64,000 nucleotides of DNA from Octopus vulgaris. Taxonomy: Eukaryota. Numbering within the stretch: the first letter of the stretch is position 1; every line of letters begins with the position of its first letter. The notes beneath the pieces are model-generated. The model saw nothing but the letters and a program-made list of their open reading frames with translations, had not been told where the DNA came from and did no database searches. The position numbers and the translations under genes are program-made. The stretch spans positions 32,302,001 to 32,366,000 of the forward strand of contig OX597817.1 in assembly GCA_951406725.2 (NCBI GenBank). Direction: 5' to 3'. Shown piece after piece: positions 52,725 through 64,000 of the stretch.

Positions 52725-54548
52725 GATTTTTTCTTTTGTTATATCAATCTTTGATAATAGACCTTAAGGCAAAATAAATGGGTATCAGACGTGTACATTG
52801 TACCTTGGACTCGTCCTTTCATCCTTTCCCAACAAAAACTTGGTACTGCTTTCTGTAGTGTAAAAAAAAAAAAATTTATTTTCTAAGTCTGTTTCGTTTA
52901 CAAAGTTCGGTTTATTTCCGAAAGGTACTGACTGAAACTAAAATACAACTGAAACAAAATGAAATATTAAATTCAACTAAACCTTATTGGCGAACCTTCA
53001 TATTTATTTAATCACTTTAAATGTCCGTGTGAAACCGAAAAACCATGATTAAAATAAGGTAATTACGTTTGTAAAATCAAAAGAAAATACAAACAAATCT
53101 GAAAACAGTGTCATTAAATTATTTTAAACACAAAATTTTCTTCAACAATTCAGTTGTCCAAGATATGTATATTTAATAATGTTTTTGAAAGGGAATAACT
53201 GCAGTTTAGTGCCCCCCAACTTTGCTTCTTCCTCGCTTTTTTAATAGTGCATATATTTTTCTAAGATTTTACAGAGGTGCGCTTATGAAAATATCATTGC
53301 GATAAAGGAAGTACATACTTTTTTTTCGATCATTCAATAACTAATACAGGATCGTTGCACAGCATACTGATGTAAGAAACGAGGTTTATTGCACTACTTT
53401 CGATATGTATTATTTATAGTAGGTTAAACACAGATTCGAAATTTTATTGTCATGCTTACCAATTTTGATGTTGATAATAAATAAGGATAATACCTTTTTT
53501 TTTCTTTGGTTATAATCGTATGGATTATAATTTTTTTTTTAATTCAATTTTAATTTTCGTCAACAATATTGTAATCTAATACTTTCAAAATGTACCCCTG
53601 TAAAATTGCGTTATGACAAAGTTGTAGAGGGTGCACTAAACTGTAATTATACTTTGGAAGTAAACAAGGTTAGCATTTGATCCAATATAGTAACGACTCC
53701 GGATTGCTGTTATTTTAACCCTGCGTCAAATCTGACCGTATTTTTGTTCGTGTTTTCTTTTGTGCTTACTTACGGTTTTGATATTTAAAAAAATCGCGCT
53801 TCGTGTTTAATCCTGTAACTTTCAGGTGTATGGGACAATTTTCCTTTTTCTTTTTTTTAATTCTTTTTTTCTTTCTTTTTTTTTTTTTTTTTTTGTTCAG
53901 TTGAAATTTACTCAATATCAACAGGTTCAAGATGTTTTGAGACCACTTACCTTATTTTCTTTTCGCTAAATTCTAAGATTTCCAACCGACTTAATTCTAC
54001 AGGAATAAATATAATTATATTTACTACATAATTATTTTTTTTAATGAAGCAAACATATTTTCTTTTTTTAAAATGACATCTTCCTAAATATTAAAAAAAA
54101 ATGACCTGAGCAATTTAATTTATATTCTGCCCTTAAGGAAGAGATTCCAGTCCAGTCAGTCAGCAATTAACTCTCCTCATAAAATGATATCTCTGATTCT
54201 GTTATCTGAGAGTTAAATCAAGTGTATTTGACCAAAGGAATGACATAAACTAAACAAAATTTAGGGTCATAGTCGTGTGAATGTACAACACTATGCTCAC
54301 AACAATAATTCATTGTAACATAACATTCACAGTCATGAATGCTTGTAGTTCACTCTGCCATTGTCTACACTCTAATGTTTTATTAAATATAGTTTGTTTT
54401 TTTTTACAAGATAATAATAAGGATAATATGATTTGCAGCCCTCATAGCTTTTTTAAGCACTCCTTCATTAAGAGGTAGAGAAATCTAGCTAGAGAAATTA
54501 GAATTATTGCATGTCTAAATTTTAAGAATTTGTTATTGGTTGTTCAAT

Positions 54549-54790
54549 GAAGGCACACGGCCTCGTGGTTAGGATGTTGTGATCATGATTTTGATTCCCA
54601 GGTTGAGTGCATTGTCTTCTTGAGCAAAACACTTCATTTCACATTGCTCCAGTCCACTCAGCTGTGAATGAGTAACCCTGTCACAGACTGACATCCCATT
54701 CAGTGGAAATGTTGTGATCTGAGTTACTTATATGCTATGGAAACTAGGTAATCAGCCCTATGAGTCCAAGAACTCAAGACAATACTTGCT
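54549..54790 (+). mobile_element. SINE family D, CpG-decayed
   Basis: Shares ttcttgagcaaaacacttcatttcac-ttgctccagtccactcagctg with 29499-29866. Confidence 0.8.
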
Positions 54791-56231
54791 TTGTTGGTTA
54801 TTTTCAGTAGATAGAAAGGAAAGAATGTGGTGGAGTCAAGTATTTAATGCAGAAATCTGGACAAGAAAAGACACTAGTGAATAATGAGAAGTAGAGAAAT
54901 TGGTTCATAAGATGAGGATGGCATAACTTCAACAAGTACAGAGTAGCAGAAATCATTTCGGTAACAAGTGAGGTAGCAGAGAAAAGATATTGACTGATTG
55001 ACACCAAACTTGTTTATTAGATACTCAGCCATAATACATTATTGATTCTAAAATCTCAGAACTGGAATGGAACTCCACAGAAATACTTTGTTTTCTGAAG
55101 GATGATATTCCAGTTAAACTCAGTTGACAAAGCAAAACCTCAATTGCAAGTATGAACCTGCTTCTTTGATACAGTATTACTCAAATCAAAGTTAAATAAT
55201 CTAAATCAGTTTGTTTTAACTTCTGTATGGCTTGGTAAAGTTTTTACTGGATTCTCATAAATCTAAAATATCCTTTTAATTTCATATGTATGTAATCACA
55301 ATAATAGTAAAATTTTGACAATATGATAATGGTGGTAGATTGGCAGAATCATAAGAGCATCGAACAAAATGCCATCTCTTTACGTTCTGAGTTCAAATCC
55401 CATTAAGGTTGACTTTGCCTTTCACCCCTTTTGGGGTCAATAAAGTACCAGTCAAGTACTCTATTTAAGCAACTGTTTCCCACTCCTATACTACAGAAAT
55501 TATTGTGATTGGAGAAGAATTATTCGCTTTTCTTTTACATGCTTCAGTCATTTGACTTCAGCCATGCTGGAGCACCACCTTTAGTTGAACAAATCGACTC
55601 CAAAACTTATTATTAGAAATTATTAAATGGATGCTGGGTTAGCAGAATTATTAGAGCATCAAACAAAATGCTTTGTGATCTTTGTTCTGTGTTCATATTC
55701 TGTTGAGGTCAGCTTTGCCTGTTTGGATTGATAAAATAAAGGGCCAATTAAAACAGACCAGCCTCCTCCCCCAAATTACTGGTCTTGTGCCTAACTATGA
55801 AATTACTATTATTCTGTTCAGAGTCATTAAACATTTATATAACTGAATATTTTAGATACAAAAGAAAATTAATTCAAAACTATTTACTCTTAAAATCAGG
55901 GATTTTTTTTTTTTTTTTTTTAAATACAAAATAAGGTTTAATAATTCCATACTTTCAGAGACAGTAAATAAATAAGTTTTTAGATTAATTCAGTCCATAA
56001 TACCCCTTCCTTGAAATTATGCCCTTATATTAAGAGTTTTTAAAAAATTATCTATATCAGTGGTGGTGCCCCAGCATGGCCGCGGCCTTCGGGCTAAAAC
56101 ATTTTCAAGGATTTATACCAATTGAAATCAATAGAATGCATGATTTTTTTATTCCATATGATAACCCTTTTTCCCCATTGAATCCCTTTCATGCCCACTT
56201 TAAATTACTGGTTTTTCCACATGCAAGCAGG

Positions 56232-56583
56232 AGTGTCCCCCTGCGTGTCATCTTGGGCAAGTGTCTTCTGCTATAGCCCCGGGTCGACCAATGCCTTGTG
56301 AGTGGATTTGGTAGACGGAAACTGAAAGAAGCCTGTCGTATATATATATATGTGTTTGTGTGTGTGTGTTTGTGTGTCTGTGTTTGTCCCCCATTGTTGA
56401 CAACTGATGCTGGTGTTTTTACGTCCCCGTCACCTAGCGGTTCGGCAAAAGAGACCGATAGAATAAGTACTGGGCTTACAAAGAATAAGTCTCGGGTCGA
56501 TTTGCTCGACTAAAAGGTGGTGCTCCAGCATGGCCGCAGTCAAATGACTGAAACACGTAAAAGAGTAAAAGAGTAAAAGAGTA
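56232..56583 (+). mobile_element. SINE family A, 5'-truncated
   Basis: Homology to other copies and a (GTAAAAGA)3 tail. Confidence 0.88.
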
Positions 56584-57048
56584 AGCAGATGTGTCAATAG
56601 ATTTATCTAAATAGTATGGGATAGGCGACAGCAAATTAAAAATACATATAAACAACTATAAATCAAATTAGCTACATTGAGAAGGAATGAAAAAGAAACG
56701 GTTAACTCCATTGTGGAAAAAACCCTTCAGACATTTAATAACACATGAAGCTGTTGAGATTTTAAAGTATTTCATGAGGCATCAAAATTTACATTGAACA
56801 GCTGCAGCCAAGTCACTGGCAGAATTCTATGCCAGACAATTACAACTTCAAAGAAGCATTCGTATGGTTTGGTCAGATTTAAGAATGCTTGACCTCTCAG
56901 ATTTGACTACATGGGTTAATGTCACATGGAGAGGTACTATATTGCGAATCAATCAAAGCATCACTGTTATGGAGATAAAATACAACTATTTAACTGAGGA
57001 TGAAATAGCGAGCAAGAAACCTGACTTTGTCTCAATTTGTCTTATTAA

Positions 57049-57254
57049 ACTCTTTTACTTGTTTCAGTCATTTGACTGTGGCCATGCTAGAGCACCACCT
57101 TTAGTCAATCGAACAAATTGACCCCAGGACTTATTCTTTATAAGTCTTATACTTATTCTATTGGTCTCTTTTGCTGAACCGCTAAGTTACGGGGACGGCA
57201 GCACACCAACATCGGTTGTCAAGCGATGTTGGGGAGACAAACACAGATACACAA

Positions 57255-57285
<31 letters not shown>

Positions 57286-57448
57286 CGACAGGCTTCTTTC
57301 AGTTTCCGTCTACCATATCCACTCACAAGGCTTTGGTCAGCCCAAGGCTATAGTAGAAGACACTTGCTCAAGGTACCACACAGTGGGACTGAACCCGGAA
57401 CCATGTGGTACACAAGCAAGCTACTTACCACACAGCCACTCCTACGCC
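57049..57448 (-). mobile_element. SINE family A
   Basis: Full-length reverse-complement copy. Confidence 0.88.
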
Positions 57449-58753
57449 TATTAAAGTATAGATATTTTTCTCCTTCTATGATGCAATCAGAGGCATGACC
57501 TGGTTCTAAAGTTAGGGGGAGTGAGCACATGAAAAAAAGAAGGTGCCATAATATATACCAAACAATTTTTAACTAATTTCTCTTATATTACATTAAATAT
57601 TTCATCAGTTATACGTAATTGTTTTCTATTTCAGTAACAATGACATTATGTACAAAACTTACACCTACTGATGTAGATAACTAAAGAGTCAAAAATGAAT
57701 TGTTGAAAATGCACCAATTCTGAAAAATGTGCTTGGTGGGAGTGGTCGCTCCCCCTTGCTCTCCTATTAGCTACACCACTGGGTACAATGATTGGCATTT
57801 GGGGAAAAAAACCTAAGTGTTTGGTTTCAGATTTTCATTTTCTTCAATGTGTCATCATTAGATCTATCATTGGAAGTGTGGTATGATTTTCATTGTTGCT
57901 TCTCCTATTTTAATTTATTCACTACCCTACTTACAAACATTATTATAAAAGTTAGCCCTTGGCTCAAGGTGTGGTTAGTGGTTCAATATTATAAGCCACT
58001 AACATTTACCTTATGCTCTGAGTTTTCTGAAAATCTGACATACTTTCGTATGGTTATCATTAAGGAGGTCACCTAAATTTATTTATATGATTGAATTCCT
58101 CTGATGCTGACATTGAAAAACAGGTATAAAATTGTTTTTAAAAATTCTCTGGAAATTATAAAAGCTCATAAGTTAAAATATACATCACTTATACAAAAAG
58201 TTCTATTTTCATTTTTGTTTCAGTGACCTTTATTTTTAAAAACAAATTTTTTTCTCTTAAACTTGTATTCTTTTTTCTCATTTCTTTTCATTACAACAAC
58301 CATTTTCTTGTTTGTTTCTTTTTTCCATCTTGGTAGGGGGAAATATTTATGTTGTGTGTTTTAACTGAAATTTTTTTTTGCTCCAAATGATGAAAATTAA
58401 ACAAAATATCTCAAAAAAGACTATTTTATATATTGTTTTTGAAATTGTTAATATTCTCATCATTTTCACTTCCATTTAATAATATTAACACAAAAAAAAA
58501 AAATCTTAAATTGTTGATTAAACATTTAAATCTATAACTTTATATTAATAAATTAATGAACACTGATATTCATTATTTTTGTGTATGTGTGTGTTGTTTT
58601 TGAAAAAAGTTCTTTTGTTTTCTTTATCTGCTTGCTTCTTTCATGTATCAGATTTGCAATCAATTTAATAATCAATATTTTATTAATATTCCTAGATGAC
58701 AATAATACCAAATGCACCCAATAGGTTCTGTCTTGTAACATTTAGCTGCATTA

Positions 58754-58968
58754 AGGCAGCAAGCTGGCAGAATCGTTAGCATACCAGACAAAATGCTTAG
58801 CAGCATTTCATCTGACTTTATGTCCTGGGTTCAAATTCTGCCAAGGTCAACTTTGCCTCTCATACTTTTGAGGTTGATAAAATAAGTACCAATTTGAACA
58901 CGAGGATTGATGAAATTGACTTATCCCTCCCCTAAAATTGCTGGCCTTGTGCCAAAATTTGAAAGCAA
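58754..58968 (+). mobile_element. SINE family B, CpG-decayed
   Basis: Aligns to the 37654 copy with most CpG converted to TpG or CpA. Confidence 0.85.
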
Positions 58969-59526
58969 TATTTAGTTGCATACCTTTATATTCTGAATTC
59001 GAAACCCACTGAGGTCAACTTTACCTTTCATCCTTTCAAGGGTCTCCATCCAGTTGAATACAGGGGCAATCTAATCAACAATCCCCATGCTTCACATTTA
59101 TGGTTTTCTGGTGTCTTCATTAGAAATATATTTTTCCTGCCTACTTGTCAGTCACCCTGTTAAATAACTAAATGCTTTGGATGTCTGAGTACTTTCTCTT
59201 TCACAATGTATAAGCTGATGTAACCAAACACTTTGTTCTTTTGAATTAAGGGACGTAAATTTCTATTTAGCTACTAACCCCTCCTTATACTAGTATTTCA
59301 CTATTGTAAATGGATGTGTAAGTAAGAAGCTTGCTTTGCAACCATTATGGTTTTAGGTTCAGACCACTGTTCAACACCTTAGGCAAGTGTCTAAGGTAAA
59401 CTATAGCCATGAGCCCTACCATGTAAATGAATTTGGTTGATGGAAACTATTTGGAAGCCAGTTGCATATGTGTGTGTATATGTCTGCATTTGTCTCCACC
59501 ATTTGATTACCAATGTTAGTTTATTG

Positions 59527-59942
59527 GAGCACTAAAAGTACCATACGAGTGTGATCATTGCCAGAGCAACAAGCTGGCCTCCATGCTGGTGGCACATAAA
59601 AAACACCATTCAAGCGTGAGCGTTACCTGCATCACCTTACTGGCACTTGTGCTGGTGGCACGTGAAAAAACATTTGAGTGAGGTCGTTGCCAGTGCCACT
59701 GGACTGGCTCCTGTGCAGGTGGCACGTAAAAAGCGCCATTTGAGTGTGGCCCTCGTGCCGGTGACACATAAAAGCACCCACTACACTCTCAGGGTGGTTG
59801 GCGTTAGGAAGGGTATCTGGCTGTAGAAACTCTACCAAATCAGATTGGAGTCTGGTGCAGCCATCTGGTTCGCCAGACCTCAGTCAAATCGTCCAACCCA
59901 TGCCAGCATGGAAAGCAGACTTTAAACAATGATGATGATGAT
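59527..59942 (+). mobile_element. SINE- or LINE-tail repeat with internal tandem units and (GAT)n tail
   Basis: Four ggtggcac(g/a)t(a/g)aaaa-type units. The 3' end acccatgccagcatggaaa...aaacaatgatgatgatg is related to about 62420-62480. Confidence 0.65.
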
Positions 59943-60412
59943 AATTTAGCAGTTCAACAAAAAAAAATAACCAATAGAATAAGTATCAAGCTTAAAAAAT
60001 AAGTATTGATTTATTCAATTAAAACCTTTGAAGCTGGTGCCCCAGCATGGCCACAGTCCAATGACTGAAGTAAAAGATGATGATCTTAAATACTATGATC
60101 TTAAAGGTTAAAAAAAAGATGACAAATCAAAAGCGTGGATGAGTTCTAAGGATTGTTCACATTATTGCGTGTCAGAGATTATAATACCTAGAGATTGGAG
60201 AAGAATTATTTGCTTTTCTTTTACATGCTTCAGTCATTTGACTGTGGCCATGCTGGAGCACCACCTTTAGTTGAACAAATCGACCCCAAGACTTATTCTA
60301 GTACTTATTCTATCTGTCTTTTTTGCCGAACTGCTAACTTACAGGAACATAAACACACCAACATCAGTTGTCAAGTGATGGTGGGGGAACAAACAGAGAT
60401 ACAAAAAACATA

Positions 60413-60817
60413 TACTCTTTTACTTGTTTCAGTCATTTGACTGTGGCCATGCTGGAGCACCGTCTTTAGTCGAGCAAATCGACCCCGGGACTTATTCTTT
60501 GTAAGCCCAGTACTTATTCTATCGTTCTCTTTTGCCGAACTGCTAAGTGACGGGGACGTAAACACACCAGCATCGGTTGTCAAGCAATGCTAGGGGGACA
60601 AACACAGACACACAAACACACACACATACACATATACATATATATACATATATACGACAGGCTTCTTTCAGTTTCTGTCTACCAAATCCACTCACAAGGC
60701 ATTGGTCGGCCCGGGGCTATAGCAGAAGACACTTGCCCAAGATGCCACGCAGTAGGACTGAACCCAGAACCATGTGGTTGGTAAGCAAGCTACTTACCAC
60801 ACAGCCACTCCTGCGCC
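60413..60817 (-). mobile_element. SINE family A (an older partial copy lies at about 60219-60410)
   Basis: Homology to other copies. Confidence 0.88.
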
Positions 60818-60846
60818 TATATATATATATATATATACATATACAT

Positions 60847-61163
60847 CAGTAGCAAGGTCATCAGAGAGAAGTCCAGTGTGAGGGATATCATCGTAGAATA
60901 TACACGCAGCAAGTTTAGATGGGCTGGACACATCGTCCATCTCACCGATAATCGGTGGACCTGCGCAGTTGTCGAGTGGTACCCACGCAAGCAGAAACGA
61001 CCACTCAGAAGGCCTCCATGACAGTGGAGTTACGAATTCAGGAGGGCGATTGGGATCACGTGGATGAGGAAGGCACGATCCTGAGAGGAGTGGACAGCGT
61101 GCTGTGACCAGCAGTGTCAAATGGATGCCTGACAGACTGGTCAGTCAAGGTGATCAAGGTGAT
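60847..61163 (+). pseudogene. RTE-clade LINE 3' end
   Basis: IREKSSVRDIIVEYTRSKFRWAGHIVHLTDNRWTCAVVEWYPRKQKRPLRRPP*QW, followed by the tandem tail (CAAGGTGAT)2. Confidence 0.88.
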
Positions 61164-61264
61164 ATTATATCTTAAGAAAATAGAGATAATTTATAATTAT
61201 TTTTTAATAAAAAAATTAGACATCATCTCTGACAGCTTGAGCAGAACTATTGAGTCAAGTTTTA

Positions 61265-62043
61265 TCTCTCTATATATAAACGGCAGTTTGTCTGTCTGTG
61301 TGTCTGTCAGGTTGTACCCTCACCCTGACCACGGCTTTCAACCGATTCTGATGAAACTTGACACACACATAGCCCAATGTCATAATTCAAAACTAACGCA
61401 GCGAAAATTTTGAAAAGTTCCCCCAGTTCTGAAAAAAAATCGATAAATTCGACATGGGTCGAGAATCTAAGCTTTTTATATGCAACACATTTTCTACAGA
61501 CTGGTTAGGGGACGCAACACGACCTTTTTAACTCTCGGAACACGTGGGGTAAGTATCCCAAAATGTATAAAAATGTACAAAAACGGCAAAAAAGCGGGCA
61601 GCAATGTGAGTGACAACGAAAAAGTCAAAAGTGACCAAACTGAACAAATGAATGGAAAAGGATTTTTGATGCACACGACAAAAGCGGTTTATAATAAACC
61701 AAGAGTTTGCAAGTAGCGTCCGAGGACCCTTAGGGTACGTCAAAAATTTAAGGTAAAACGCTTGGGGTGGTAGTTATAAAGAAAGTGTAAACAAAAAAAG
61801 TATTCGAATAACTTGCGGCTGCAGCAGCTATTAGCAGAAGTTGGGGGTAAAGTCTCGAATGTAATTTCTTCCTGGTAGGAATTGGTTGGGTTGAATTATC
61901 GATAGCTGTTTGATAGTTATTTGGGAGTGAAGAGAAGACCTACACATGCGCCTTCGTTCCCTAGAGGGAAAGGACTAGATTGGGATTAGTCATTGCCTAC
62001 TAGGGGCTCTTACATACCCGGGCAACGCCGGGTTATGCTGCTA

Positions 62044-62044
<1 letters not shown>
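61265..62044 (+). mobile_element. Non-autonomous Helitron
   Basis: Starts A^TCTCTCTATATATAAA, has 3' hairpin ACCCGGgcaacgCCGGGT and ends CTAG^T, with no TSD. Confidence 0.88.
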
Positions 62045-62094
<50 letters not shown>

Positions 62095-62659
62095 TAAAAC
62101 TCTGTAGTTAAGAAACTTGCTTCCCAACCTCTTGGTTTTGGGATCAGTTCTACTGAGTGTCACTTTGGGCCCATGTGTTCTATGCTGATTGTTGTCTTGG
62201 GAGTAAATCTGGTTGATGGAACCTGAAAGAAGCCTTTTGTGTCTATGAGTTGGTGTCTCCTTGTCTTGATATCATGTGATTGTTGTAAAAAAAGTGTCCT
62301 TCATTTCCAAGCTTCCATGAAACCATGTCCAGCCATGGGGGGAAATTATCTTGCTTGGAAATCCATGAATGTTGGCAACAGGAGAGTCATCCAGCCGTGG
62401 AAAATCTGCCTCAACAAATTCCATCTGACCCATCCAAGCATGGTAAACTGAATGTTTAAATGATGATGGTGATGACGATGACAAGGATGATGTTAGAAAA
62501 TTTTTTTCTCTTACACCAAATATGACAACAGGGATGAGGAAAATGTAAGAAAATTTGATTTTTTTTTCTCTTTCACTAAATACAGTCCTCACCCTTAAAT
62601 ATACTGATACAAAACAATGAATAAATTATTTTCTGCTTATTGATAAATTTAGCTATTAT

Positions 62660-63425
62660 AAACGCGGGAGTGGCTGTGTGGTAAGTAGCTTGCTAACCAA
62701 CCACATTGTTCCAGGTTCAGTCCCACTGCGTGGCATCTTGGGCAAGTGTCTTCTGCTATAGCCCCGGGCCGACCAATGCCTTGTGAGTGGATTTGGTAGA
62801 CGGAAACTGAAAGAAGCCCGTCGTATATATCTCTCTATATATAAACGGCAGTTTGTCTGTGTGTGTTTCTGTGTGTCTGTTAGGTTGTACCCTCACCCTA
62901 ACTATGGCTTTCAACCGATTCTGATGAAACTTGACACACACATAGCCCAATGTCATAATTCAAAACTAACGCAGCGAAAATTTTGAAAAGTTCCCCCAGT
63001 TCTGAAAAAAATCGATAAATTCGACATGGGTCGAGAATCAGAAACACAAACCACAGACTGTCTAGGGGACGCAACTCGACCTTTTTAACTAAAAAAAAAA
63101 ATTTACCATAATTTTTTTTCCATTCTTTGGCTATAACTCTCTAAAAATGCTTTATAGTTATTTCCCTTACAAACCCGAGCAACGCCGGGCGATACTGCTA
63201 GTATATGTATATATATGTGTTTGTGTGTCTGTGTTTGTCCCCCCAACATCGCTTGACAACCGATGCTGGTGTGTTTATGTCCCTGTCACTTAGCGGTTCG
63301 GCAAAAGAGACCGACAGAATAAGTACTGGGCTTACAAAGAATAAGTCCTGGGGTCGATTTGCTCGACTAAAGGTGGTGCTCCAGCATGGCCGCAGTCAAA
63401 TGACTGAAACAAGTAAAAGAGTAAA
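62660..63425 (+). mobile_element. SINE family A with nested Helitron
   Basis: Head at 62660-62829 and tail at 63202-63425. Confidence 0.88.
62830..63201 (+). mobile_element. Non-autonomous Helitron
   Basis: A^TCTCTCTATATATAAA...CCCGagcaacgcCGGG...CTAG^T, inserted in the SINE's (TA)n tract. Confidence 0.9.
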
Positions 63426-64000
63426 GAATATAGGAGTTTAATTTCTTAGCCATCACTCATATTCAAGTATGACTCGGTAGCAGAAAAGATTTTCCTTCTC
63501 ATGCACCAAACTTTCACTCTTATTTTAGGTGCCCTTGCAGTCATGAGCAAGCACAGGCACTTTCTTTGTCTCAGCAAAATATCAAAGAAGTGGCAGCTTG
63601 AGGGAGAAGGCTGCAACAATCTTACTCACAGACAGAAGCAGGTGAATTCGAAAGCAGCTTTTATCTGCCTTGTCACAGCACTGTCATATGGCATATACCA
63701 TTTTTTGTCATTGCTGTTTTTTTTTTTTATATATATAGATCCACTATTAGGTCACTGCACCCTAGTGAATGCTGCTACAGCTTGTTTGCAACTGCTTATT
63801 AGCCGATCATCAAGCTGGCTTATTCACAGCTAACCTCTATATATTTCTAAAGACCATTCTACTATCTGCCACTTATGGAAGTGTTGTATAGCAATACAGC
63901 TTCACCAAGGATGTAAGGTTAATACTAGGTTTATTATTATACTCATACATATACATAAATATTTATGCATGCATACATACATACATACATACATACATAC

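Noticed and set aside
52773-52778. AATAAA after the FITM stop codon
   Set aside because: It is a plausible poly(A) signal, but the hexamer is too common in this AT-rich DNA to call.
61348-61357. CTGATGAAAC in the Helitrons (also near 62921)
   Set aside because: The two hammerhead boxes overlap, leaving no stem II.

Overview
AT-rich, microsatellite-dense animal genomic DNA, not prokaryotic. The SINE families point to a cephalopod, most likely Octopus (inference). There is one convincing gene: an intronless FIT-family (FITM2-like) acyl-CoA diphosphatase at 51765-52724 (+). The rest is a transposon landscape: about 25 tRNA-derived SINE copies of at least four families, decayed RTE and R4/Dong-type LINE fragments, a mariner and a pogo-like fossil, hAT and Tc1/mariner MITEs, and non-autonomous Helitrons. 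The most striking signal is a set of about 9 loci with minimal type I hammerhead ribozyme motifs of the Penelope/retrozyme type. Three lie in or overlap long inverted repeats that carry antisense copies of ribozyme strands: 704-874, 30699-31140 (with a 12-bp target-site duplication) and a perfect 158-bp palindrome at 47385-47542 with a hammerhead on each strand. From about 54 kb onward the repeats show strong CpG decay, suggesting a methylated gene body. Nearly all other listed ORFs are microsatellite or SINE artefacts. All folds and alignments were done by eye.
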